DNA of 64,000 nt from Somniosus microcephalus (lineage: Eukaryota), in assembly GCA_052327205.1 (NCBI GenBank), contig CM126226.1, forward strand, positions 54,622,001 to 54,686,000. Reading direction: 5' to 3'. The notes under the pieces are model-generated. The model searched no databases. It worked only from the letters and a program-made list of their open reading frames with translations, and was not told the origin of the DNA. Positions 50,221-62,645 of this stretch are shown piece after piece; position 1 is the stretch's first letter; each line of letters starts with the position of its first letter. The position numbers and the translations under genes are program-made.

Positions 50221-52287
50221 GACTCAGGTCTGCTTCTCCTGCTGCATTGACTTTAAATTGATCCTTCCTTGTTACACAAGACCTGTGACCAGTCAATTGA
50301 AGTGTCACAGGTGTATCCTGCTCTGCTGCAGTAATGGACAAATATTCTACCAATAAAACCCAAGCTCACCCATGAATAATACTATTGGAATGGGTCGCAG
50401 AATCTTACCCCAAATAAGTCACCTTCAGTAGGGAATAAAATCGAAGAAAAAACCCCACTGATTACACAGTATGCTTTTATGTGCTATAATAATAGGATTC
50501 ACAAGCATGCGGGGCAGACTTTTGTGCATACAAGTCATTGCAAATTAATTAACTGAATAAAGAACTTCAAGGGGTTTTGACACAATAAGGAGCTATATAA
50601 TACAAGTATTCTTCTATTCATTCTTAACTTCTACTATCCAATAGGGAGGCTGTGTAATAAGTGTTCTGCTGAAGAGTACTAAAGCCTGTACATCCTAGAC
50701 AGATCTCTGCTGCTTTGAAAGCTGAGGGCTAAATGTCAGACACAACAGGCCAGAGATCCATGGGTTAGCAAAAAAACACTGGACTTCTAGACCCAACTAT
50801 AGTGATACTCAACAGAGGATGCAATACCAATCACTTTGCTGAGTACGAGTTAGGCACAGCTATCATGCTCTTTGTGAAAGCATCAAGGATGAGGGGTGGT
50901 GTGATTGCTCTGATGAATCTTACCCCGATATCTCTTGGTATATTTTCCCCAAGAGCAGAAGCAGCAAGCAAACAAATGAACAACGCCTTCTGCAAATTTA
51001 GAAGTTGATGTCAACTAATTATCTTCCTGAAATCTGTTCTAGAATTTTAAGTTATGATCCATGGAGAGGCAGCAGTCATCAGACTGACAGTCAATGGAAG
51101 GAAGTCCTTCCCCACCATATACCTTTTTGCTCCCAGGATATGGTAAATTTGACCTTGTATGATGAGAATACAAAGTAACCCTTCAGGAACCAGAACTTAT
51201 GCCCAAAGGCTAAAACAACATTCTACTTTTGACACTGGAACACAAGAAAAATATGGAGGAAACCCATTACACCTACCAGCAGATTTCAACTCGAGGCGCA
51301 AATATTCCAGTAAGTCCCACCCACAGCTGACTCACAGCTCCAACTTTAAAAACAAACTTCAACATATTACATTTCAGTAATTAAAAAGGAAATAGAAGCT
51401 AATCGTAAATGGTGATTTGAAGTGCTTTAGAATTACATTATAGGCACAATATCTTTAATACATAAAACAATTGTTTCTGTACACAATATAAAGAGCACAT
51501 AGTTGCAATTTAACATGAATTAAAAATAAAGATGGTTACATTCTATCCAACTACAGTATGCTATTATAGAAGCTCAATTATCCACCGCAATTGCAGGATC
51601 CCCATAGGTAATTGGCAAGTAATGAGCAGCATGCTGCCGATTGCCTCTGCGCACACACTCCATTCCAACCTCTATAGCAGCATTCAATTACTTCTGGCAG
51701 CAAGTATCAGCTGGCACTGCAGAGCGATTAATCCCACTCCCAAACATGCAGCCAGGCTCTGCAACGATTCTCATTTGTCAGCGCTACTCGAGGCTGCTTC
51801 TGGTGGGATCACTGGAGGTTGAGGACATGGTGTCTTTAATGCTATCTCTATGGTTGGTTGCGATGGGCAAAGCACTTTTGTTGAGCTCTCAGGTATGTGG
51901 TAGGTCCAGCAGTTAAGAGTTGCATGCAGCTGCTTGGGAAGGCTGGGGGCCAGCACAGCAACTAATTGATCGCCTGGTGCTGCACCATTAGATTTTGGTG
52001 GCTGCAATACTCAAAACAAAATGGCAGGTCAAAGTGAAAAACAATGGCTGGATGCCCCAACTCCCACTGGTCTCCCATTGCCAGCTAATAGTGAGGATAA
52101 TTGAGAATGTAAACAATTTGTGCATGGATAATTGATGCTCCACTTGATGAAAAAGTATGATTCACTCATTTTTAGTATCAAAGCAATTAGAATTTCTTCC
52201 CGATACATTATAATAAATTGATGCAGTTAGTTTCTTAATTTAAAATGTGCATTTATTGCACAAATTTCACAGCCATTTTGTACATGG

Positions 52288-52683
52288 CCCTCTCAGGTGG
52301 ACATAACAGATCGCATGGTCCTATTTTGAAGATCAGGGGAGTTCACCCTGGTGTCCTGGTCAATATTTATCCCTCAACCAACATCACTAAAAACAGTAAT
52401 AACAGCAGAAAATGCTGGAAAAACTCAGGCGGCCAGGCAACATTGGTGGAGAGAAATTAGAGTGATGTTTCGGGTCGAACCCTTATCTGGCTATTATCTC
52501 ATTTCTGTTTGCAGGAGCTTGCTGTGCGCAAACTGGCTGCTGCGTTACCTATATTTCAGCAGCAATTACACTTCAAAAGTACTTCATTGGTTGTAAAGCA
52601 CTATGGGATGTCCTGTGGTCATGAAAGGGAATGTCCTGTGGTCATGAAAGGTCCTATATAACTGCAAGTCTGTCTGTCTTTCT
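52288..52683 (+). mobile_element. DeuSINE 3' half with a Penelope-like arm inserted at about 52397-52482
   Basis: CTCTCAGGTGGAC...CATCACTAAAAACAG[insert]TTATCTGG...CTTCATTGG. Confidence 0.75.
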
Positions 52684-54045
52684 ATTCATTCTTAACCAAC
52701 ATTAGTCATCACCTCTAGGAGGGGAATAACGGGACGACAATTAGTGAAAATTTTTTAAATAGTTGCTGATTACCTACATATTGTATACACATGTATACTG
52801 TAGTGGCATAAACATAATATAAATCTAATGGGACATTGTGCATTTCAGCCAAAACATATTTCTTTGAAGCACTGGCAGGCATCATAAAAGAGTAGATATT
52901 AACTGAGCTTCACACCATGCCACAGCACTGTATAGTGATGTTTCAGCATGGGCCAAAATCCTTGACTTCCCTACATAATACTATTATAGGGGCACCATCA
53001 CCACAAAGACTGCAGCATTCCAAGGTGGCTCAACACCACCTTCTCAAAACAAGACAGACAGACAATAATTGAGACTTGCCAGCATTGCCCACATTCAGAG
53101 ACCAAATTAAAAACGATTTCACAATTTCAAAAGGAAACCTTAAACAATTAGATAAAATAATTTCATTAAAATATGAGTGGTCTATTTTAACAGACAGAAT
53201 GACACAAGCTCTCTCAATGTCAGTCCTCCCAGTCATTTGAATGTGAACAAGAGACTGGAGTATGACAGATAGCTGTGGGATAAAATAAAGAGGATCGAAG
53301 AAGTGCGTCAGGCGTTCGGAAGCTGACCCAAATATTACTACACTGACAATAAGGTGAGCAAAGTTGTGAATCATTTGCTAAAGCCTAACCAATCAATTTC
53401 TTTTTCTATTTGAACTATTTAACAAATTCTATTCCAAGGTACATTATGATGGAGGAAACTTTATGGTACTGTACAAAAACACATTCACATCTCCCGATCC
53501 TCTCGCACTTTTCCTGACTGAATGAGGAACAGGAGTCTAGTTTTCAGGGATTCTCAACTGTCACACTATAGCATCCCACCAGGAGTACAGAAACAACTTG
53601 GAGTGGCTGGCACTCTATAGGGACAAATCCACACTCTGTTCAGCTGAAATTTGTGTTCCTTTTAATGTTCTAACGTGACTCTCTTGAGCCCTGATCATTT
53701 TAAAGAAAGAATCGCCTTCTGGAGAAAGCGGCCGTAAAACCACACAAGTGTCAGTCTAGACCATGTTAGAAGAGGTATACATTCACCAGTATCCTTGAGA
53801 AGAAAACCTCATAGCATCACTGCTTGCAGTTCTGCTGGGAAACCTGAAATTCACAACCAGGAATGACAGATTTTATTTTCCGTTTTAAGCAGCCCCTCAA
53901 CTATTTTAAAATAAATATATAGGCTTATGTTATTCAAAGAGATAACGGGGCATTTATAGGCCTCTTTTCTAAGAAAAGGGCTCAGATGTTAACCTCAAAA
54001 CAGATTACAGCCCCTTAATCACCCAGGTATGAAGTACAATATGCA

Positions 54046-54136
54046 AAATAACAGAAAATGCTGGAAAAACTCAGCAGGCCAGGCAACATCCGTGGAGAGA
54101 AAATAGTGTCAACGTTTCAGGTCGAAACCCTTTGTC
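54046..54136. mobile_element. Penelope-like single arm
   Basis: Same arm sequence; flanks AAGTACAATATGCA / AAGTACAAATTGCA. Confidence 0.7.
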
Positions 54137-54284
54137 AAGTACAAATTGCATATCATTTCATTAAAAAAGTAAAAACATTGTTATATGGATAATAATGAAT
54201 GGTGGCACGCACTCCAGAATTTCAGTCAGGAGGTGAAGCTTTAACCACACTTCAGAGGTAGGTCTGAAAAGCTCAAGGAAACCT

Positions 54285-54735
54285 GCTTTTATACACTGCC
54301 GTAACACTTCAAGGTGCCCCAAAGCACTTCACAATCCATGAATTACTTTTGAACGTGTCATTTTTTGTAGGCAATGTAGCAGCCAAACTGCACACAGCAT
54401 TGTCCCTCAAACAGAAAATGAAACGAATGATCAGTTAATCGGTTTTGTTTTGGTTTGGTGATGTTGGTGGAGGGAGAAATGTTGGCCAGGATACCAAGGG
54501 AATTCCTTGGTTTCCCCAAACAATGTCATGGAATCTTTTACTCCTGCTACTACTTGCGTTTATATACCACCTTTAATGTAGAAACAAGCCCCAAAGTGAT
54601 GCACAGCAGTGTAAGGGAGAAACATGGACCCTGTACCAAAGAAAGAAACAGCACCGTTCATGTCTTCAGGACGTTCAAAGCGTTTACAGCTGATGAAGTT
54701 TTTTTTGAAGTGTAGTCACTTTTGTAATGTAGGAA
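54285..54735 (-). mobile_element. Diverged DeuSINE / L2-tail fragments
   Basis: Reverse-complement similarity to the 3' half of 446-900, in two pieces. Confidence 0.5.
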
Positions 54736-54739
54736 AAAA

Positions 54740-56200
54740 GGAGATATTGGGAGGGGTGACCAAAAGCTTATTCGAAGAGGTAAGTTTTCAGGAGGGTTTT
54801 AAAGGAGGAGAGGGGGCACGGAGAGTCAGAGAAGTTTAAGGAGGGAATTTCAAAGCATATGGCGGAGGCGGCTGAAGCCCCAATGGTGGGGTGAATGGAA
54901 TGGGGGACGCACAAGAGACCAAAGTAAGAGGAGCGGAGAGTTTGGGACAGGGGTTGTAAAGTTGGAGAAGGTTAGAGAGATAGCAAGGGGTGGGGCCTTG
55001 GGCACAAGGATGAGAATTTTAAAGTTGAGACGTTATGGGCTCAGGATCAATCAGGACAGCAAGTACAAGGGTGACGGATGAGTGGGAGTTGGCAGCAGAG
55101 CTTTGGATGAGCTGAAGTTTATGGAGGGTGGAAGATGAGGCGCCAGGCAGCAGAGCACAGAGATAGTCAAGTTTGAAGGGGCGAGTGAGGGTTTTAGTGT
55201 CAGATGGGCTGAAGTAGGAGATGTTACGTAGATGGAAGTAGACAAGTATGTGATCAAAAGGAAAAGGGGTTGAAAGCTCAGTCCAGGGTCGAATAGGATG
55301 CTGGTGTTGCGAGCAGTCTGGTTCAGCCCAAGACAGTGGCACGGGATAGAGATGGAGCTGGTGACAAGGGGATGGAATTTATGGCGGTGGTGAATGACGG
55401 TGGCCTTGGTCTTCCCAACATTTATCTGGGGGAAACGGCAGGTCATCCAACACCTGCAGCCTGACAGAACAGAGGTAATGGAGAGGTCAAGAGAGATGGT
55501 AGAGACTAGAACCGAGTGTCAGAGTGCACATGGAAGCTGACCCCATGTCTGTGGATGGTGTTGACAAGCGGCAGCATGTATATGAGGGAAGTAGTGGGCA
55601 AAGATAGATCCCTGGGGGACACCAGAGGAAACAGTGCAGGGATGGGAAGAGAAATCATTAGTAGAGAAGCTCTAGTTATGAGCAAATAGACAAGAGTGGA
55701 ACCGAGCAAGGGCAGTCCCACTGAGCCAGGTAACAGGCGAGTCGCTGAAGGATGGCATGATTGGCCATTTCAAAGGTTGCATAGAAGTCAAGGAGGGGTA
55801 ATGCATGGTCACAGTCACATTGTTTTGTAATTTTAACTAGGACAGTTTTGGCTACTGTGGAGTAAGAAATCTGATTGGAGGGATTCAAACAGGGAGCTGC
55901 AGAAGAGATGGGCATGGATCTGGGACACAAGTTCAAGGACTGGAGATGAAAGGGAAGTTCAAGATGGGGTAGTAGCTTGCAAGGACAGAGGGGAGAGGAT
56001 TTGTTTTAATGAATGGGCGATGAAGGCAGTTTTGAAAGTGACAGTGCTGGAGGAGAGGCAACTATTTACAATGTCAGCTAGCATGGGGGCCAAGAAGGGA
56101 AGTTGGGTGGTCAGTAGTTTAGAGGGAATGGGATCAAGGGAGCAGGAGGTGGACTCATGGATACGATGAGCTCCGAGGTGGCGAAGGGTGATGGAGGAAA
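54740..56200 (-). mobile_element. Degraded L2 LINE ORF2
   Basis: QINVGKTKA, LNQTARN..ILFDPGLSF and LHKLQLIQSSAA are L2-type RT C-terminal remnants in several frames. Confidence 0.8.
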
Positions 56201-56299
56201 AGATTGGACAAAACTACGAGAGATGGGGTGGGGGGGAGGGGGTATTCAAGAGTAAGTTGGGGTGAGCAAGGGAATTGGGGACAGGCCCTTGTTTAATAA

Positions 56300-56430
56300 T
56301 ACATCATCCAAAAGACAAGGCATTCAACAATGCTGCACTCCTCAGTACTGCACTGAAATCTCAGCCTAGCTTATGCATTCTTCAGTAATGGAGCTTGAAC
56401 CCACAATGTTCGGACAGAGCCACACTGACA
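56300..56430 (-). mobile_element. DeuSINE 5' fragment
   Basis: Reverse complement of GTGGGTTCAAG...CAGTGCAGTACTGAGGAGTGCAGCA. Confidence 0.55.
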
Positions 56431-58702
56431 CAAGCAGGAACTTAGGCAAAGTCTTTGGTAGCTCAGAACATTGAATATTCAATTCAGTTACATATTTATC
56501 AATATATTAGCTCCATAAAGCAATATAGATAAACCTACAATCAAAAAGCAGTTCTAATTTTGATATATTTTTCATAATTTTGAAAAATTTAATGACATCA
56601 CTTCATACTCATTTTTCCCCCCCCAAAGTAAATAGGCCTTACTTTTCCTGTTAGCTTAAATTCCAGATACCAATAATTATTATTTGCTACCGGTACACCC
56701 TCAAAGACAATAGAATCATTATTAGCTAATCAGAACTGCACTCTACACCAAATGGATCTGACCAACAAACGCAGCAGTCCATCCCTCCAATACAATCCAT
56801 GTGATTTGGCTTTTTACTGCAGCTAAGCAGGAACAGATTTATTCACTATAACAGCTAGATCTCTTTTGCGACCACTGGCATGCTGTTCCATTTAACACTT
56901 TTGGCTTTTTACTCTACTCACACTAATTAATTTGTGATCCAATGGAAGGTGGCACATTAAAGACAAGACGTTCATACAATGAACAATCAAACCAGGATTT
57001 ACTAAAAACTTGTGAAATCCAGGGATTATTCCATCAAACGGACTGTAAAATTTTAAAATGGAGTCAATTCTAAGAGCAGAAAGAATTGCAGGCTATCATG
57101 CAGGAACAGGGGGCTTCTTAAAGGAATAGATGCTCCTTGTGCTTTCTACCCAATATTAATTTAGTCTATGGCATAGAGGCAATTAAAAAAAAATTAAAAC
57201 TTAAACCCTCTGTGAGATCACATAGGAAAATGGGTTAATGACCAATGATTCTCTTGAAATGTTGCTGGAATAAAAAAAAAATTGAATGGTTTCCAAGATT
57301 AATTTAAAATTACATTTTCAGACAATTCCTAGACTTTTGTAAAATTGACTTGCTTAGAATAATGACATCAGTCACTTCTGTTACCTTGTACAAAAAAGGG
57401 ATGATTTAAAAACCTCAATGTTTACGGTACAGGCTTCCTTCCGGGCTGTATATCATTCTATAGCAAATAAATACTTCCCATTTGCATCTTGTGTCACCAT
57501 GCTTGCTTTATCAGCCAGAACTATGGTTATGTTCGGGCTGTGGACTTCTCTACAGTTGCCATCAGTGCTGTTCTGACCGGTTACTCTATTATGATGTAAA
57601 ATTCTTTCTTACAGTCCAGTGGCAGTCAACATAACAAAAAAGTTACCAATTCAAGTGCGAAATCTGAACAATGCAAGTTACGATTCAAGTTCCAATGTCT
57701 TTGGAGCCCAATATTATGTTAGATCCACAGGCTGCACTATATCTTTTATTTTTAAACTTGGCAAATTACCTTTCGAAATAAGAAAATTACTGTAATTTTT
57801 GTGTCACTGGTCCCCCGAGATTCAGCAAGGAGCATACAATGCCTGTATAATTCTCATTTCTTTTGTTGCTACAACTGACATTTCAGTGTTCAAGAATTCA
57901 CGGCGTCATCTTGTAAAAACAAAGACCCTTTATAAGGCACTGAGTGTGCATGCTGCTGTTTACTCAACATCTGGATGGAGTTGCCATCTGCAAAAATGCA
58001 TCACTGATTAAAATTTTAACTCTCTGGCTTTCCAACATCTAACCATTTTAGAATTCAACATTCATCAGATTTAAAAGAAAACAAGTTTTTTTTAAGAAAA
58101 GGAATTACTTCTAAATAGACTTGGGAATTCCATTATACAGTACAAGGCTCTGACTTCATCCTTCTTTCTCTGATCAGGGGGATGAACCATGGTGCAATGC
58201 ATAAGAGAAATTCTAACAGCCAATCTGAAAATAACTCACTCAAGAACAGCATTGGCAAGCGTGGAGCAGATCTACAGATTCCACCTCTGGCACGGTCACA
58301 CAACACCGATATAAAATGTGGTCATCTTCATCGGCATGGCAATGGCCAATTGACTGAGTAGATCAGCGAGGTGTGGTCAGTGTTCTAGTAACAGGAAATT
58401 GTATTGATGGCATAACTTATCACTTTAGTACATTTTGGCTCCACATGATTACACAGCTGGAGATTTTATGGCTTGAGGTGAAGTCCAAAACACATTCTTT
58501 CCAACTTTGAATTGATGCAGAAAAATGGCTCAGCTGCTGTTCATTTTGGTTAGTGCATCTCATATTCTGACATGGACTTACAGGTGGCACAGTTCAATGG
58601 GTTTCTCAAGTTTAGCATCCGTGGCTCCATTAGAATTGGCAGCTGGACGAGAGATTGTAGTTGAAGCCAGAAGTGCACATGTAGTCATGAGAGTCAAAGA
58701 GA

Positions 58703-59315
58703 ATACATAGAAACATAGAAGATAGGAGCAGGCCATTCGGCCCCTCGAGCCTGTTCCGCCATTTAATGAGATCATGGCTGATCATCCAACTTCAGTACCC
58801 TGTCCCTGCTTTCTCCCCATATCCCTTGATCCCTTTAGCCTTAAGAAATATATCGAACTCCTTCTTGAATATATTTAATGAATGAATTGGCCTCTACTGC
58901 CTTCTGTGGTAGAGAATTTCACAGGTTCACCTCTCTGGGTGAAGAAATTCCTCCTCAACTCAGTCCTAAATGGCTTACCCCTTATCTTTAGACTGTGACC
59001 CCGGTTCTGAACTCCCCGGCCATCGGGAACATCCTTCCTGCATCTAGTCTGTCTCATCCTGTTAGAATTTTATTTCAATGAGATCCCCTCTCATTCTTCT
59101 AAACTCGTGAGTATAAGCCTAATCAACCCAATCTCTCCTCATATGTCATTCCTGCCATCCCTGTTATCAGCCTGGTGAATCTTTGCTGCACTCCCTCCAT
59201 GGCAAGAACATCTTTCCTCAGATAAGGCGACCAAAACTGCACACAATACTCAAGGTGTGGTCTCACCAAGGCCCTGTACAACTGCAGCAAGACATCCTTG
59301 CTCCTGTACTCGAAT
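58703..59315 (-). mobile_element. CR1 LINE 3' fragment, same subfamily as 1334-1685
   Basis: Near-identical tail and ORF2 end. Confidence 0.92.
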
Positions 59316-59329
59316 AGCTACGACGTTTT

Positions 59330-59770
59330 GGGTCAACCAAGTCCGCATGTTGGATAGGCATTTGGAGACATGGCAATAACTGTGGGGGTCAATGGAGATG
59401 AGGCAAAGTTGGATGATACGTGTGAGAAATCTGACTCTCTGCTTACGGACACAATTGTCAAAGGGTGATGTGTAATTGATAGAAGGGGGCCAAGGATGGA
59501 ACGTGAGGATACATCAGAGATAACCATGTGGACACGAGAAACTCTTTGAAGTGATGTAATGTTTGTTGTATGAAAGGTAGAAGGGGCACCAAGAGATAGA
59601 TCTACAGGGATGCTCTGTGGAGAAGAAACAGAGGAATAAGGAGTAGCTGACTTGTGTCAAAGGCTGTGGAAAGGTCAAGGACGATGAGGATGGACAGTGA
59701 GCTGTGATCACAGTAACACAAGATGTTATTGGTAACTGGCCAATTTCGTTTCAGCAGATCTGCCCAGGGT
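59330..59770 (-). mobile_element. Degraded L2-like RT fragment
   Basis: DVSSRSILGPLL (GVPQGSILGPLL-like) and SLTFPQPLTQ remnants. Confidence 0.6.
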
Positions 59771-60272
59771 TGGGAGACATCTCAATATAGTTTTATACTT
59801 GTTGAGACGGCCCCCCAACCATGGACAGAGATGCCACAGAATCTACATTCTCATGCCGCAGAATTCATCTGGAGAGGCCACAGAATTAGAGAGGCCCCGT
59901 TTATTTGGATATGTAAATACAGTAGTCTGCCAATAATTACCCAACCCTACACATTCCCAAAACCTTGATGCCAAGGCCAAAAAAATTTAGAAAGCTGGAG
60001 TGTAACATTGCAGCACCATTTTAAAAAAGTGTTGCTCAATAAAATGCTCTTGCACAATAGTACTAAAGTGCAGTACAGCAATTAAATTACAATTACTTAA
60101 ACTACACCATGGCAAACCATTAAAGTACTCTACTTAGTTTAAAAATTATTCCATTTTCTTCTTTCCCTGTCAATTCTTCTCCAAAAGAACTAGTGCTGCA
60201 CAAAACTCCACAAATTATCCCAATGGCTGTGCAAACTGATTTGATTCTCAAATTCTAAATCGATGGGCTTAG

Positions 60273-60560
60273 CCATAGAATCATAGAAATATACAGCTCA
60301 GGAGGCCATTCGGCCCATCGTGTCCGCACCGGCCAAAACAGAGCTCTCCAGCCTAATCCCACTTTCCAGCTCTTGGTCCGTAGCCCTGTAGGTTACGGCA
60401 CTTCAGGTGCATATCCAAGTACTTTTTAAATATGATGAGGGTTTCTGCCTCGACCACCCTTTCAGGCAGTGAGTTCCAGACCCCCACCACCCTCTGGGTG
60501 AAGACAGTTCTCAACTCCCCTCTAATCCTTCTCCCAATTACTTTAAATCTATGCAACCTG
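60273..60560 (-). mobile_element. CR1 LINE 3' fragment, same subfamily as 32575-33062
   Basis: FKVIGRRIRGELR...VWNSLPERVVEAETL. Confidence 0.9.
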
Positions 60561-61694
60561 GTTCTGCATCCAGAAAAAACAGCATTTTTTTTGCTTTCAA
60601 AAAGGTGATCTTTACATTGACATGCAGGTTTCATTCTGGAGGCAACAGCATACCTTATGATGTCAAGAGTGCCATCGATGCAGCACAGCAAAGTAAATAA
60701 AGTATCGCACCCTCCAAAAACACTCTAAATCAAAGGTGAAATATTTGGCTTAAGAATAGGTTAACTGATGGACACTGTATAACAGCCACCATTCTGGAAA
60801 GTTTTTTTACATAGTTTTTAAACCAGTATAATTTAACACTTTAAAACAATTTGGTTCTTAAAAATAGAACTGGGCTCGCCTGTGATACACTCCATGGTCA
60901 AATAGCCTACTGTGGCTCACATTAATGGCCACTTGAGCAAAGCACCGGAGGACTCTGTTGGAGTCTAAGGGTCAGGGCCTTCAAGAAAACTAGCCTGACT
61001 ACAACTTAGTCAGGATTACCTTCAGCCAAAGGTCAAGAAATCAATATGAAGCATGAAGTTGACATGTTCAGAAAAATTTAATTTTAATTACTGATTATCC
61101 ATTTAATATGTAAATAAATCCACAAACTACAAGGTTGTGATTTTTTGTACTCGTAGGAAAGAATTTTAGTACTGTAGTAAAAAATTGTTCTACTTGCAGA
61201 ATGTAGATCCTCATTCATTTCACTTGGAGATTACACAATATCGTAAAATAGAACTGACCGTTTATTCTGCACTAAGGCAAAGTCTGTCACTGTCAGTTTT
61301 GGAGAATGGAATACTTCTGCTTTCCAACATCAAGCTACAGCGTCGAGTACTTCCTTTTCCTTCTTCTCTGCCCCAAAGCACAATAATCCAACGGCACTAG
61401 TGTGAATTTTTCAATTTCTCACTCGAAGTGAAATTACCAACTTAGTAGTGCATTGTGAGCAGTTCTGTGGTTTGGCCCATGCCCATTAGGACTAAACTCA
61501 GACTGTCCAAGCTTACTTCACTTCAGTCTCCTAACAACAAAGAGGTGACTTTCTGCACCAAAATTGTGAAAACCTTTGCTCAATGTATGGTCAGATATAA
61601 AAGAAGTTTCACTTAAACTCATCATTTTGAGAGAGAACACAGAACTGGATCAAGATCAGAAGGTTTAAAAAATGGACCCACCTTAAATAAGTTA

Positions 61695-62225
61695 CAGGAA
61701 ACTCTCGTTTAAACGGCACCTAAATATCCGGAATCTCTATTAACCGGCAAAATTCTCACTCCGAAAACAACACCTCAATAACCGGCAATGTTGCCGAGTC
61801 CGAGTCTCCCGCGGTGGCCGAGTTAGTCAGTGGGGGTAGTTCTCCAAACTGCCACTACTCGGCTTCTTGGCGCTGTCGGGAGTCAGAACACCTCAATACC
61901 CCTGTAACAGGAGTCTGACTCTCCCGCGCTGCCGGTAGTCTCTTCAGATCCGCCATTTTACAGGGGTACTGTGTGTCTCCCACGCTGCTGGTAGTCATTG
62001 CATTGCATTACCCTCAACTGGCAGTACTGTACTTAATCAAGCATCTTCCACCATCCATTTAACACAACATTCTGTAGGTGAGTACCCAATTACTGTATAC
62101 TGCACATTTCTTGATTTTTTTAATTTTTCTTTGTTAAAAATAGCCTCAGTAAATAACCCTCTCCACCATCCGGAATTTTTAATCAACCGGCAACACGCCG
62201 GTCCCGGATACCAAAGAGTTTCCTG
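61695..62225. mobile_element. Tc1/mariner-pogo (Tigger-like) MITE, 531 bp
   Basis: TA-CAGGAAACTCT...AGAGTTTCCTG-TA; subterminal repeats of AACCGGCA. Confidence 0.85.
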
Positions 62226-62459
62226 TAATCTGTGCAATATTACATTTTAACAATTGTGTTAAAAAGTTATCCATTTTACACAATTATAATGCTTGCCTTC
62301 ATAATTCCATAAGGGGGAAATCGAAGGAGCCATGGTGACTGAGCACAGCATGTTTCGAGGAATAAACAGCCACAAAATACAGTATTTGCTAAATAAAGGC
62401 AAGAAGTAAAATTTATCAGATTATATTCCCTTTAATAAACTCAATTATTCAATTTACCT

Positions 62460-62645
62460 CGATAGCAAAATACAGCAGATGCTGGAAATCCAAAATAACA
62501 GAAAATGCTGGAAAAACTCAGCAGGCCAGGCAACATCCGTGGAGAGAAATGAGAGAGAAAAAGGGGATTTCACCCGAAACGTTGACTCTATTTTCACTCC
62601 ACGGATGTTGCCTGGCCTTCTGAGTTTTTCCAGCATTTTCTGTTG
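62460..62645. mobile_element. Penelope-like fold-back element
   Basis: Same family as 5777-5947, opposite orientation; 15-bp TSD TTATTCAATTTACCT. Confidence 0.8.
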
